A stretch of DNA of 64,000 nucleotides from Mytilus trossulus (Eukaryota): assembly GCF_036588685.1 (NCBI RefSeq), contig NC_086378.1, positions 20,646,001 through 20,710,000 of the forward strand, in the 5' to 3' direction. Below, one piece after another: positions 14,901-29,900 of the stretch (the stretch's first letter is position 1; every line of letters begins with the position of its first letter). The notes under the pieces are model-generated. The model was not told where the DNA came from. It saw only the letters and a list, made by a program, of their open reading frames with translations, and ran no database searches. The translations under genes and the position numbers were made by a program.

Positions 14901-17900
14901 TGTCCAGACCAACTCCTGTGACAAGATGTCTAGGGAAGATTGAAACTGTTAAGTCAAGATGTGTAAGTTATACTATTGTTAATTTTGCGATATTGAGAAA
15001 AACCCTATTTAATTTACATAAAAAATTTCAAAAATGCAAGTTTGAATTATTGTGATCATAACCCTGTGACATTTTTGGCAATGATAAAAACATTGCAACG
15101 AAGTTATACTTTTTGAAACGTTAGACCCCACTCAAGGCTATAGTGAGTGACTATATTGCATTCATCTTGTGCATCGTTCCCATAGATGCCAACCATTACC
15201 ATTTTCCCGTAATTTTTCCGATTTTGCTATCAAAACTACGCTATTACGGTCAAAGTCGAATAGTTACGGATTCCCAATCATCGCCGTTCAATTGTGTAAA
15301 ATGCGGATTTTTATCATTGCTTTTTCGTCTTGGTCCAGTATTTAGTAAATGCCAATGTAATGCTTCCGGTTTCTCGGGAGTTATCGACCTATTGTTGTTT
15401 AACTAACTGACTTCCAAAGAGGGAAACTTGCATTTTATGAGTAGCTTTCCCCCTTTCTCTAATTCTCCTTGACAAAATGAAAATGTACGAGTCGAGAACA
15501 TTTAAACAATTAATGAATAGAATACAAACTACAGATAACATGTTTAATGAAACATGTTAGTGCACATCTGTTTGCAATCACTTGTTAGTATTTTTTATTG
15601 GTAAATGCATGTTTTTGAAAGATTACTGAAAACTTTTCAATAATACGGAAAATTTGATAGTTTGTTACTGAATGCCTTCAATGGGTCAAAAGGGGGTTGG
15701 CATCTATGCGTTCCATCTGTTCTTCCAAAATATATATTTCTTTCACAATTTTCTGAAGTACTTCTAAATGGATTGACTATGTATTTGGTAAGCTACTTGA
15801 TAGTGATGTTTTGTTAAGTTGTAGTACTTTTCAGTCGTAAGTTGTAGTGAGCACATTGCAGTTCAGTCTGAAACTTACTTTTTGTTACTAATATTTTAAA
15901 TTTTCATTATTTTCAATAAACTTACTGTGGATTTATTTATTTTCATTGGTATTATTTTATGTAGATCTAAAAAACCGTGAAAAATTGATATATTTAAATT
16001 TGTGGTTTATCTTTACACACAAAATCGATAATCCACAATATATTTAATTTGAACACAATATGAACTTTTTTGTTGAGAAAATCGTCACAAATTTTTCACT
16101 TCAAAATTCAAAGTATTTATACATATACTTCCAAAAAAAAGAAAAAAAGAAAGTGTTATAAAAGCCAGATTTGTTAAAGAATAATTTATCTACTATTTCA
16201 CTTTTCAGTCATCAACTTTCCGAAATAAGATTGACAAATATATAGAGAATACATCATCAAAGAACGGCGGACAGTACTGGCCTATTATTAAATCGGTAAC
16301 GATACGTATACCACATTGTTCAGTCTGTAGTAATGGTTGTACATTGGTAGACTTGCCAGGTGTTAGGGATTCTAATGCTGCCAGAGATAGGATAGCTAAA
16401 GATGTAAGTTATAACTTCTATTATTACATTGGTAGACTTGCCAGGTGTTAGGGATTCTAATGCTGCCAGAGATAGGATAGCTAAAGATGTAAGTTGTAAC
16501 TTCTATTATTACATTGGTAGACTTGCCAGGTGTCAGGGATTCTAATGCTGCCAGAGATAGGATAGCTAAAGATGTAAGTTGTAACTTCTATTATTACATT
16601 GGTAGACTTGCCAGGTGTCAGGGATTCTAATGCTGCCAGAGATAGGATAGCTAAAGATGTAAGTTGTAACTTCTATTATTACATTGGTAGACTTGCCAGG
16701 TGTCAGGGATTCTAATGCTGCCAGAGATAGGATAGCTAAAGATGTAAGTTGTAACTTCTATTATTACATTGGTAGACTTGCCAGGTGTCAGGGATTCTAA
16801 TGCTGCCAGAGATAGGATAGCTAAAGATGTAAGTTGTAACTTCTATTATTACATTGGTAGACTTGCCAGGTGTCAGGGATTCTAATGCTGCCAGAGATAG
16901 GATAGCTAAAGATATAAGTTGTAACTTCTATTATTACATTGGTAGACTTGCCAGGTGTTAGGGATTCTAATGCTGCCAGAGATAGGATAGCTAAAGATGT
17001 AAGTTGTAACTTCTATTATTACATTGGTAGACTTGCCAGGTGTCAGGGATTCTAATGCTGCCAGAGATAGGATAGCTAAAGATGTAAGTTGTAACTTCTA
17101 TTATTACATTGGTAGACTTGCCAGGTGTTAGGGATTCTAATGCTGCCAGAGATAGGATAGTTAAAGATGTAAGTTATAACTTCTATTATTACATTGGTAG
17201 ACTTGCCAGGTGTTAGGGATTCTAATGCTGCCAGAGATAGGATAGCTAAAGATGTAAGTTGTAACTTCTATTATTACATTGGTAGACTTGCCAGGTGTCA
17301 GGGATTCTAATGCTGCCAGAGATAGGATAGCTAAAGATGTAAGTTGTAACTTCTATTATTACATCGGTAGACTTGCCAGGTGTTAGGGATTCTAATGCTG
17401 CCAGAGATTATTTAGCTAAAGATGTAAGTTGTAACTTCTATTATTACATCGGTAGACTTGCCAGGTGTTAGGGATTCTAATGCTGCCAGAGATAGGATAG
17501 CTTAAGATGTAAGTTGTAACTTCTATTATTACATTGGTAGACTTGCCAGGTGTTAGGGATTCTAATGCTGCCAGAGACAGGATAGCTAAAGATGTAAGTT
17601 GTAACTTCTATTATTACATTGGTAGACTTGCCAGGTGTTAGGGATTCTAATGCTGCCAGAGATTATTTAGCTAAAGATGTAAGTTGTAACTTCTATTATT
17701 ACATTGGTAGACTTGCCAGGTGTTAGGGATTCTAATGCTGCCAGAGATAGGATAGCTAAAGATGAAAGTTATAACTTCTATTATTACATTGGTAGACTTG
17801 CCAGGTGTTAGGGATTCTAATGCTGTCAGAGATAGGATAGCTAAAGATGTAAGTTGTAACTTCTATTATTACATTGGTAGACTTGCCAGGTGTTAGGGAT

Positions 17901-20900
17901 TCTAATGCTGCCAGAGATAGGATAGCTAAAGATGTAAGTTGTAACTTCTATTATTACATTGGTAGACTTACCAGGTGTCAGGGATTCTAATGCTGCCAGA
18001 GATAGGATAGCTAAAGATGTAAGTTGTAACTTCTATTATTACATTGGTAGACTTGCCAGGTGTTAGGGATTCTAATGCTGCCAGAGATAGGATAGCTAAA
18101 GATGTAAGTTGTAACTTCTATTATTACATTGGTAGACTTGCCAGGTGTTAGGGATTCTAATGCTGCCAGAGATAGGATAGCTAAAGATGTAAGTTGTAAC
18201 TTCTATTATTACATTGGTAGACTTGCCAGGTGTTAGGGATTCTAATGCTGCCAGAGATAGGATAGCTAAAGATGTAAGTTGTAACTTCTATTATTACATT
18301 GGTAGACTTGCCAGGTGTTAGGGATTCTAATGCTGCCAGAGATAGGATAGCTAAAGATGTAAGTTGTAACTTCTATTATTACATTGGCAGACTTGCCAGG
18401 TGTCAGGGATTCTAATGCTGCCAGAGATAGGATAGCTAAAGATGTAAGTTGTAACTTCTATTATTACATTGGTAGACTTGCCAGGTGTTAGGGATTCTAA
18501 TGCTGCCAGAGATAGGATAGCTAAAGATGTAAGTTGTAACTTCTATTATTACATTGGTAGACTTGCCAGGTGTTAGGGATTCTAATGCTGCCAGAGATAG
18601 GATAGCTAAAGATGTAAGTTGTAACTTCTATTATTACATTGGTAGACTTACCAGGTGTTAGGGATTCTAATGCTGCCAGAGATTATTTAGCTAAAGATGT
18701 AAGTTGTAACTTCTATTATTACATTGGTAGACTTGCCAGGTGTTAGGGATTCTAATGCTGCCAGAGATTATTTAGCTAAAGATGTAAGTTGTAACTTCTA
18801 TTATTACATTGGTAGACTTGCCAGGTGTTAGGGATTCTAATGCTGCCAGAGATAGGATAGCTAAAGATGTAAGTTATAACTTCTATTATTACATCGGTAG
18901 ACTTGCCAGGTGTCAGGGATTCTAATGCTGCCAGAGACAGGATAGCTAAAGATGTAAGTTGTAACTTCTATTATTACATTGGTAGACTTGCCAGGTGTTA
19001 GGGATTCTAATGCTGCCAGAGATAGGATAGCTAAAGATGTAAGTTGTAACTTCTATTATTACATTGGTAGACTTGCCAGGTGTTAGGGATTCTAATGCTG
19101 CCAGAGATAGGATAGCTAAAGATGTAAGTTATAACTTCTATTATTACATTGGTAGACTTGCCAGGTGTTAGGGATTCTAATGCTGCCAGAGATAGGATAG
19201 CTAAAGATGTAAGTTATAACTTCTATTATTACATTGGTAGACTTACCAGGTGTTAGGGATTCTAATGCTGCCAGAGATAGGATAGCTAAAGATGTAAGTT
19301 GTAACTTCTATTATTACATTGGTAGACTTACCAGGTGTCAGGGATTCTAATGCTGCCAGAGATAGGATAGCTAAAGATGTAAGTTGTAACTTCTATTATT
19401 ACATTGGTAGACTTGCCAGGTGTTAGGGATTCTAATGCTGCCAGAGATAGGATAGCTAAAGATGTAAGTTGTAACTTCTATTATTACATTGGTAGACTTG
19501 CCAGGTGTTAGGGATTCTAATGCTGCCAGAGATAGGATAGCTAAAGATGTAAGTTGTAACTTCTATTATTACATTGGTAGACTTGCCAGGTGTTAGGGAT
19601 TCTAATGCTGCCAGAGATAGGATAGCTAAAGATGTAAGTTGTAACTTCTATTATTACATTGGTAGACTTACCAGGTGTTAGGGATTCTAATGCTGCCAGA
19701 GATTATTTAGCTAAAGATGTAAGTTGTAACTTCTATTATTACATTGGTAGACTTGCCAGGTGTTAGGGATTCTAATGCTGCCAGAGATTATTTAGCTAAA
19801 GATGTAAGTTGTAACTTCTATTATTACATTGGTAGACTTGCCAGGTGTTAGGGATTCTAATGCTGCCAGAGATAGGATAGCTAAAGATGTAAGTTATAAC
19901 TTCTATTATTACATCGGTAGACTTGCCAGGTGTCAGGGATTCTAATGCTGCCAGAGACAGGATAGCTAAAGATGTAAGTTGTAACTTCTATTATTACATT
20001 GGTAGACTTGCCAGGTGTTAGGGATTCTAATGCTGCCAGAGATAGGATAGCTAAAGATGTAAGTTGTAACTTCTATTATTACATTGGTAGACTTGCCAGG
20101 TGTTAGGGATTCTAATGCTGCCAGAGATAGGATAGCTAAAGATGTAAGTTATAACTTCTATTATTACATTGGTAGACTTGCCAGGTGTTAGGGATTCTAA
20201 TGCTGCCAGAGATAGGATAGCTAAAGATGTAAGTTATAACTTCTATTATTACATTGGTAGACTTACCAGGTGTTAGGGATTCTAATGCTGCCAGAGATAG
20301 GATAGCTAAAGATGTAAGTTGTAACTTCTATTATTACATTGGTAGACTTACCAGGTGTCAGGGATTCTAATGCTGCCAGAGATAGGATAGCTAAAGATGT
20401 AAGTTGTAACTTCTATTATTACATTGGTAGACTTGCCAGGTGTTAGGGATTCTAATGCTGCCAGAGATAGGATAGCTAAAGATGTAAGTTGTAACTTCTA
20501 TTATTACATTGGTAGACTTGCCAGGTGTTAGGGATTCTAATGCTGCCAGAGATAGGATAGCTAAAGATGTAAGTTGTAACTTCTATTATTACATTGGTAG
20601 ACTTGCCAGGTGTTAGGGATTCTAATGCTGCCAGAGATAGGATAGCTAAAGATGTAAGTTGTAACTTCTATTATTACATTGGTAGACTTGCCAGGTGTTA
20701 GGGATTCTAATGCTGCCAGAGATAGGATAGCTAAAGATGTAAGTTGTAACTTCTATTATTACATTGGCAGACTTGCCAGGTGTCAGGGATTCTAATGCTG
20801 CCAGAGATAGGATAGCTAAAGATGTAAGTTGTAACTTCTATTATTACATTGGTAGACTTGCCAGGTGTTAGGGATTCTAATGCTGCCAGAGATAGGATAG

Positions 20901-23900
20901 CTAAAGATGTAAGTTGTAACTTCTATTATTACATTGGTAGACTTGCCAGGTGTTAGGGATTCTAATGCTGCCAGAGATAGGATAGCTAAAGATGTAAGTT
21001 GTAACTTCTATTATTACATTGGTAGACTTGCCAGGTGTTAGGGATTCTAATGCTGCCAGAGATAGGATAGCTAAAGATGTAAGTTGTAACTTCTATTATT
21101 ACATTGGTAGACTTGCCAGGTGTTAGGGATTCTTATGCTGCCAGAGATAGGATAGCTAAAGATGTAAGTTGTAACTTCTATTATTACATTGGTAGACTTG
21201 CCAGGTGTTAGGGATTCTAATGCTGCCAGAGATAGGATAGCTAAAGATGTAAGTTGTAACTTCTATTATTACATTGGTAGACTTGCCAGGTGTTAGGGAT
21301 TCTAATGCTGCCAGAGATAGGATAGCTAAAGATGTAAGTTGTAACTTCTATTATTACATTGGTAGACTTGCCAGGTGTTAGGGATTCTAATGCTGCCAGA
21401 GATAGGATAGCTAAAGATGTAAGTTGTAACTTCTATTATTACATTGGTAGACTTGCCAGGTGTTAGGGATTCTAATGCTGCCAGAGATTATTTAGCTAAA
21501 GATGTAAGTTGTAACTTCTATTATTACATTGGTAGACTTGCCAGGTGTTAGGGATTCTAATGCTGCCAGAGATAGGATAGCTAAAGATGTAAGTTATAAC
21601 TTCTATTATTACATTGGTAGACTTACCAGGTGTTAGGGATTCTAATGCTGCCAGAGATTATTTAGCTAAAGATGTAAGTTGTAACTTCTATTATTACATT
21701 GGTAGACTTGCCAGGTGTTAGGGATTCTAATGCTGCCAGAGATTATTTAGCTAAAGATGTAAGTTGTAACTTCTATTATTACATTGGTAGACTTGCCAGG
21801 TGTTAGGGATTCTAATGCTGCCAGAGATAGGATAGCTAAAGATGTAAGTTATAACTTCTATTATTACATCGGTAGACTTGCCAGGTGTCAGGGATTCTAA
21901 TGCTGCCAGAGACAGGATAGCTAAAGATGTAAGTTGTAACTTCTATTATTACATTGGTAGACTTGCCAGGTGTTAGGGATTCTAATGCTGCCAGAGATAG
22001 GATAGCTAAAGATGTAAGTTATAACTTCTATTATTACATTGGTAGACTTACCAGGTGTTAGGGATTCTAATGCTGCCAGAGATAGGATAGCTAAAGATGT
22101 AAGTTGTAACTTCTATTATTACATTGGTAGACTTACCAGGTGTCAGGGATTCTAATGCTGCCAGAGATAGGATAGCTAAAGATGTAAGTTGTAACTTCTA
22201 TTATTACATTGGTAGACTTGCCAGGTGTTAGGGATTCTAATGCTGCCAGAGATAGGATAGCTAAAGATGTAAGTTGTAACTTCTATTATTACATTGGTAG
22301 ACTTGCCAGGTGTTAGGGATTCTAATGCTGCCAGAGATAGGATAGCTAAAGATGTAAGTTGTAACTTCTATTATTACATTGGTAGACTTGCCAGGTGTTA
22401 GGGATTCTAATGCTGCCAGAGATAGGATAGCTAAAGATGTAAGTTGTAACTTCTATTATTACATTGGTAGACTTGCCAGGTGTTAGGGATTCTAATGCTG
22501 CCAGAGATAGGATAGCTAAAGATGTAAGTTGTAACTTCTATTATTACATTGGCAGACTTGCCAGGTGTCAGGGATTCTAATGCTGCCAGAGATAGGATAG
22601 TTAAAGATGTAAGTTGTAACTTCTATTATTACATTGGTAGACTTGCCAGGTGTTAGGGATTCTAATGCTGCCAGAGATAGGATAGCTAAAGATGTAAGTT
22701 GTAACTTCTATTATTACATTGGTAGACTTGCCAGGTGTTAGGGATTCTAATGCTGCCAGAGATAGGATAGCTAAAGATGTAAGTTGTAACTTCTATTATT
22801 ACATTGGTAGACTTGCCAGGTGTTAGGGATTCTAATGCTGCCAGAGATAGGATAGCTAAAGATGTAAGTTGTAACTTCTATTATTACATTGGTAGACTTG
22901 CCAGGTGTTAGGGATTCTAATGCTGCCAGAGATAGGATAGCTAAAGATGTAAGTTGTAACTTCTATTATTACATTGGTAGACTTTTGCCAGGTGTTAGGG
23001 ATTCTAATGCTGCCAGAGATAGGATAGCTAAAGATGTAAGTTGTAACTTCTATTATTACATTGGCAGACTTGCCAGGTGTTAGGGATTCTAATGCTGCCA
23101 GAGATAGGATAGCTAAAGATGTAAGTTGTAACTTCTATTATTACATTGGTAGACTTGCCAGGTGTCAGGGATTCTAATGCTGCCAGAGATAGGATAGCTA
23201 AAGATGTAAGTTGTAACTTCTACTATTACATTGGTAGACTTGCCAGGTGTTAGGGATTCTAATGCTGCCAGAGATAGGATAGCTAAAGATGTAAGTTGTA
23301 ACTTCTATTATTACATTGGTAGACTTGCCAGGTGTTAGGGACTCTAATGCTGCCAGAGATAGGATTGCTAAAGATGTAAGTTATAACTTCTATTATTACA
23401 TTGGTAGACTTGCCAGGTGTTAGGGATTCTAATGCTGCCAGAGATAGGATAGCTAAAGATGTAAGTTGTAACTTCTATTATTACATTGGTAGACTTGCCA
23501 GGTGTCAGGGATTCTAATGCTGCCAGAGATAGGATAGCTAAAGATGTAAGTTGTAACTTCTATTATTACATTGGTAGACTTGCCAGGTGTTAGGGATTCT
23601 AATGCTGCCAGAGATAGGATAGCTAAAGATGTAAGTTGTAACTTCTATTATTACATTGGTAGACTTGCCAGGTGTTAGGGATTCTAATGCTGCCAGAGAT
23701 AGGATAGCTAAAGATTTAAGTTGTAACTTCTATTATTACATTGGTAGACTTGCCAGGTGTTAGGGATTCTAATGCTGCCAGAGATAGGATAGCTAAAGAT
23801 GTAAGTTGTAACTTCTATTATTACATTGGTAGACTTGCCAGGTGTTAGGGATTCTAATGCTGCCAGAGATAGGATAGCTAAAGATGTAAGTTGTAACTTC

Positions 23901-26900
23901 TATTATTACATTGGTAGACTTGCCAGGTGTTAGGGATTCTAATGCTGCCAGAGATAGGATAGCTAAAGATGTAAGTTGTAACTTCTATTATTACATTGGT
24001 AGACTTGCCAGGTGTCAGGGATTCTAATGCTGCCAGAGATAGGATAGCTAAAGATGTAAGTTGTAACTTCTATTATTACATTGGTAGACTTGCCAGGTGT
24101 TAGGGATTCTAATGCTGCCAGAGATAGGATAGCTAAAGATGTAAGTTGTAACTTCTATTATTACATTGGTAGACTTGCCAGGTGTTAGGGATTCTAATGC
24201 TGCCAGAGATAGGATAGCTAAAGATGTAAGTTGTCACTTCTATTATTACATTGGTAGACTTGCCAGGTGTTAGGGATTCTAATGCTGCCAGAGATAGGAT
24301 AGCTAAAGATGTAAGTTGTAACTTCTATTATTACATTGGTAGACTTGCCAGGTGTCAGGGATTCTAATGCTGCCAGAGATAGGATAGCTAAAGATGTAAG
24401 TTGTAACTTCTATTATTACATTGGTAGACTTGCCAGGTGTTAGGGATTCTAATGCTGCCAGAGATAGGATAGCTAAAGATGTAAGTTATAACTTCTATTA
24501 TTACATTGGTAGACTTACCAGGTGTCAGGGATTCTAATGCTGCCAGAGATAGGATAGCTAAAGATGTAAGTTGTAACTTCTATTATTACATTGGTAGACT
24601 TGCCAGGTGTTAGGGATTCTAATGCTGCCAGAGATAGGATAGCTAAAGATGTAAGTTGTAACTTCTATTATTACATTGGTAGACTTGCCAGGTGTCAGGG
24701 ATTCTAATGCTGCCAGAGATAGGATAGCTAAAGATGTAAGTTGTAACTTCTATTATTACATTGGTAGACTTGCCAGGTGTCAGGGATTCTAATGCTGCCA
24801 GAGATAGGATAGCTAAAGATGTAAGTTGTAACTTCTATTATTACATTGGTAGACTTACCAGGTGTCAGGGATTCTAATGCTGCCAGAGATAGGATAGCTA
24901 AAGATGTAAGTTGTAACTTCTATTATTACATTGGTAGACCTGCCAGGTGTTAGGGATTCTAATGCTGCCAGAGATAGGATAGCTAAAGATGTAAGTTGTA
25001 ACTTCTATTATTACATTGGTAGACTTGCCAGGTGTTAGGGATTCTAATGCTGCCAGAGATAGGATAGCTAAAGATGTAAGTTATAACTTCTATTATTACA
25101 TTGGTAGACTTGCCAGGTGTCAGGGATTCTAATGCTGCCAGAGATAGGATAGCTAAAGATGTAAGTTATAACTTCTATTATTACATTGGCAGACTTGCCA
25201 GGTGTTAGGGATTCTAATGCTGCCAGAGATAGGATAGCTAAAGATGTAAGTTATAACTACAGTCAAACCTATTATACTGGTAACCTCCATTTTAAAAGGA
25301 AAAAAACTGTGGTCAAGTCACTCTCTTCCTACTCCACTACTGTACATAGTACCTGTAAATATATCCTCAACTCAAATGATACCTTTCTTAGACTGTCTAT
25401 TTTCTCAGGTATCCATGCCAAGAGGACAGTTATATACCAACTGTTGGCTTTTGCCTGTTAATTGCTCTTTGGTTTGGTTATTGTCTTTTTGACACATTCC
25501 TCATTTCCATTCTCAATTTAATATACATTTGAATACTGTTGATTCATATTACTGTTTTATACAATTTTTGCGATTTTTAACATTTTTGGCAAAGATGAAT
25601 AAATAAGTTTACATTGTATAAACTTATTTGTTAAATCAATATCAGGAATTAGGTTTATACAAGCGAAGTTATACTTCTTGTCCCCAGAAATTCTTTATAA
25701 ACCAGTTTTACTGTAGTTTTCTGTGTAAGTAATAACTGATGAATTCTCATCTTAGAAAATTGACATAATGAATATCATTGAAGTTGGGATTACTTATACC
25801 CTCCCTGTAGTGTCTGTGTCCCATGGACACGGACACATTTCATTCATTTTCAGAATTTCTATCTGAAATCATTCTTGAAATGAGCTTCCCTGTAGTATTA
25901 CATGTTTATATATATAGTTTCCTTACAGCCAGCCAATCACACACTCAACTTTGTCAGTTTGTACGGTTAGAAATTGACACTTGTTGTTCTAAAATAACTT
26001 AATAATATGGATAAGATTCACAAACTAAAAATTGCTATTTTTTATGCCCCACCTACAATAGTAGAGGGGCATTATGTTTTCTGGTCTGTGCATCTGTTTG
26101 TTTGTCTGTCTGTCCGTTCGTTCGTCGGTCTGTCCGTTCGTTCATCCGTCTGTCCCGCTCCAGGTTAAAGTTTTTGGTCGAGGTAGTTTTTGATGAAGTT
26201 GAAGTCCAATCAACTTGAAACTTAGTATACATTTACCCTATGATATGATCTTTCTAATTTAAATGCCAAATTATAGTTTTTACCCAACTTCATGGTCCAC
26301 TGAACATAGAAAATGATAGTGCGAAGTTCAGGTTAAAGTTTTTGGTCAAGGTAGTTTTTGATGAAGTAGAAGTCAAATCAACTTGAAACATAGTATACAT
26401 GTTCCCTTTGATAAGATCATTCTAATTTTAATGCCAAATTAGAGAATTTACTCCAATTTCACGATCCACTAAACATATAAAATGATAGTGCGAGTGGGGC
26501 ATCTGAGTACTGTGGACACATTCTTGTTTTTGTAGTACTTGAAAAACTGTTCTGTAATTCTGGTGGTGGCTGAGGTCCATAGAGCTTCCACAAGTAAAAC
26601 AGCCAAAGAATTACTAGGGGACAACTTCCGTCGACAGCTACTCATGGATGGACAATATGGAAACGTAGCATTTATATGTACCAAGAATGATGTACTGCAG
26701 CCTTCAGAACTCATAAGGTAAAAATTATACCCAAACCATGTATATGGTAGACAATAATCCTATAAGTGCCAGACCAATTAGGGGTTGATCCAGTGTTGAT
26801 ATTGTCCTAACTATTTATGTTATTTAGACAAATGTGTAATTTATATCAACAATGAAAAGTTAGCATAATTTTGGGTTTCTAGGGGGATGTGCATTTCAGA

Positions 26901-29900
26901 ACTTATTATAAGACTAACATATGTGGATGGGGTCAATGGAAAATTATCAAATAAGCCTCAAATTTAACAATACAACCTCTCTTTCCCAAACAAGCACAAA
27001 ACATTACATAACACTACATAACACAACCCAAAACAAGAGATCTTGTAGAGGAGTTTTCAGAATGCTACATATAATCTTAATTATATATATATAATGAATC
27101 ATTTATTTACCTTTATCTTATCTTCTTATAGAGAGTTGGAATTGGATGAACAAACTGACTCTATTGAGGAGAATTTGAATTTGATGATGATCAAGATGGA
27201 CGAGTTAAAACAGACAGAGAGAAGTTTAAAGGAAGAAATACAATGGTTATTGGTGGACATTAGTACACTGACCAATGCTGTTGATGAACTAGAGAAAGAT
27301 ATCAGTGAGATAACAGAGCTAGTTTCACTTGTTGATACACAAGTAAGTAAAATAATATCATGATCAAGTGCAAAAAAAACCCCAATCAAAATGAATTTAT
27401 TGTCACAAGTTATAGAAATGAGAAGAATAAGTATTGTTACCCTGTCAATTTTGAAAAACCATGTATGCTTTTTTCTCAATCTGAATTGTGGCAGCTCTGA
27501 ATGGTTCTAAGCTTAAGGAATGGAAAATTTATTTAATGTAGAACTTAATATTTTTCACCCCTTTAAATTGAATGGGAAGTAAATTGGCAACTTTCTTTTT
27601 TTTTTTATTAAAGAACATTTCCAAGTTGAAAGTAGTCATTTTCCTGTAGACAGTGTAAAATGTAGCATGATTATTAACAGCTAGACAAAATGTCATAAGA
27701 TTAAATTAAAAATACTGCTAAGTGGGTGGTTCAACGTGTTTTTACTTTTTAAAGCAATTGCTTTCATGCCGTCGCGTATGGCCATCTTTGTGACCCAGAT
27801 CAGAGACTCCGCCCAGATCAAGCCATAGTATTTTGTTAAACAGGCTCCTGGTCTGTCATTCTTAAACACCTATGTATGTTTTCTAATGCAATACATAGCT
27901 TGAAACTTTTGAAAAACGTTAGTGGATTTAAGAAGTTTCAGCATACGTTCTTGTAGATGTATTTTTGTATTTAGGGGGACAACCGTTTGACTATCAAAAA
28001 ACATAGACGTCCGAGTGAAAAAAATGCATTTTTATACCTGCGATTCCGTTTTCCGTTCGTACGATGTTTCAACAAAATATGGAATCATTTCAGTTGTTGA
28101 TTTAGTATTGAAAATTTGACTGAATTATCTTTTATAATATATGGTTTTATATGTTTAATTGGTGTTTTTTAAGAAAGAGGTCAGGTGCTCTTGTTCATTC
28201 ATAAAATTGTCGTTCATTCATAAATTTATCGTAAAATCAAAATCACTACACAGGTTATCAGGTTATACGTAGTGTCAAATGATTACCTGTAATCTAAAAA
28301 TAGACAAAGTTAACTGACCTATTTTGTTGATTTGTTTGCGCAAATAATTTAGAGGAACGAAACCCTTGTTAAAAACACATAACAATAAGTTTGTTTTCCT
28401 TTTTTGTCATAATTCCGTAAGATTTATCGATCACCTTACTAATGAAATGGACCCGTCCAAACGTGATAGATGCCAAGTCCAGATGAAGAGATATTTACAA
28501 TTTGGAATTTTCTAGTTTCATAGATTAAAAAAAGTACAACCTTTTTGGATATCATATTCAAAACTGGGTATGAATGACAAATGATGAAACCATTATCCTG
28601 GTCTTTCCAATGGATGAGTCTACTACGTTTGTTGACCCTCGACGGTCCACCGTGTTTGCAATTTTATTTCACATGTTTTCTAAATATTGAAGATCATTTT
28701 CACAATGTTTCCTGAAAATTGGATAAATATCAAAGCAACTTAGAGCTGTTTGTTCTTGTTTGTATAATGACGATTTTATGTCATGTTTGTCTGTGATGGC
28801 CCCTCTTTTCGGGATTGCATGAGAATTATAGTAATCTCGTACCACATGAGGATGACACATATCAACTGAGCAATAATGTTTGGGACTTAGTTTTTAAGAA
28901 ATGATGACAAAGTAACATTATGAAAATATTTTTAGTCAGCTGAAATATATATTTATTTTTTACATGTTTATGTCTTGTAAAAAGTAAAATCACAAAAATA
29001 CTGAACTCAGAGGAAAATCAATTTGGAAAGTCCATAATCACATGGCAAAATCAAAAAACAAAACGCATCAAAAACGAATGGACAAGAACTGTCATATTCA
29101 TGACTTGGTACAGGCATTTTCAAATGTAGAAAATGGTGGATTAAACCTGGTTCTATAGCGCTAACCCTCTCACTTTAATAACAGTCTCATCAAATTCCGT
29201 TACATTTACATGATGCGTAAAATATTTTGTTTCTTTCCCGTTTTTCAACATTTGCGTCTGGAAAGTTGTAATGTTTTAACTGAAGTGTTAAATTTAAATT
29301 AATTATGAAAATTAAATCAATAAAGGAAATTATTGTTACAAACACTACTAGGGGATAATCCATAATAATTTCTCTTGGAGTTATATGTTTCAGCACATGT
29401 ATATTTGACCCCAACTTTAGCCTGGTAAATGTGTTGTCTCCTTGTGAAATATAAAACATATTAAAAATGACTTTCTGCTAAAGTCTTTAATTGATATAAA
29501 GTTAAAACCTTCTTAATTCTCACTAGACAACACTCCTGTCATGTTTAATTCTTAAATATATGTGGATGAAAAAAAAAGGTCCCCAAAACATAAACATGAC
29601 AGCAATTGCTTTTACAGCCTTTCAGGCTTTGATTTATTTGGCGTTCAGTCATGCAAGACGGGTGCCTCATTCAACGTGTTCTGCTTATTTAATTTTACGT
29701 GCATCGAAATTTTCAAAGTCTTATTTTGCGTGCTCGGTATTTTTCAAATAAAATTCGAACACTTGGCAGGGATCGATGATAAATACTTTTTTAAAAGCTG
29801 TAAATCAATTATATTATAAATGTGTATACTAAATGGGGAATATCAAGTAAAACAAAGAGTTAATATATACAAGAAGACAGTGACTCAGTCACAAAAATTT

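Noticed and set aside
22889-23083. Short DLPG-containing ORFs (also 25186-25461) as extra GTPase exons
   Set aside because: They are array copies without a proper upstream acceptor. The first ORF is extended only by a 2-nt insertion.
16340-25258. CRISPR-like array
   Set aside because: Units are contiguous near-identical monomers with no unique spacers, the context is a eukaryotic intron, and there are no cas genes.
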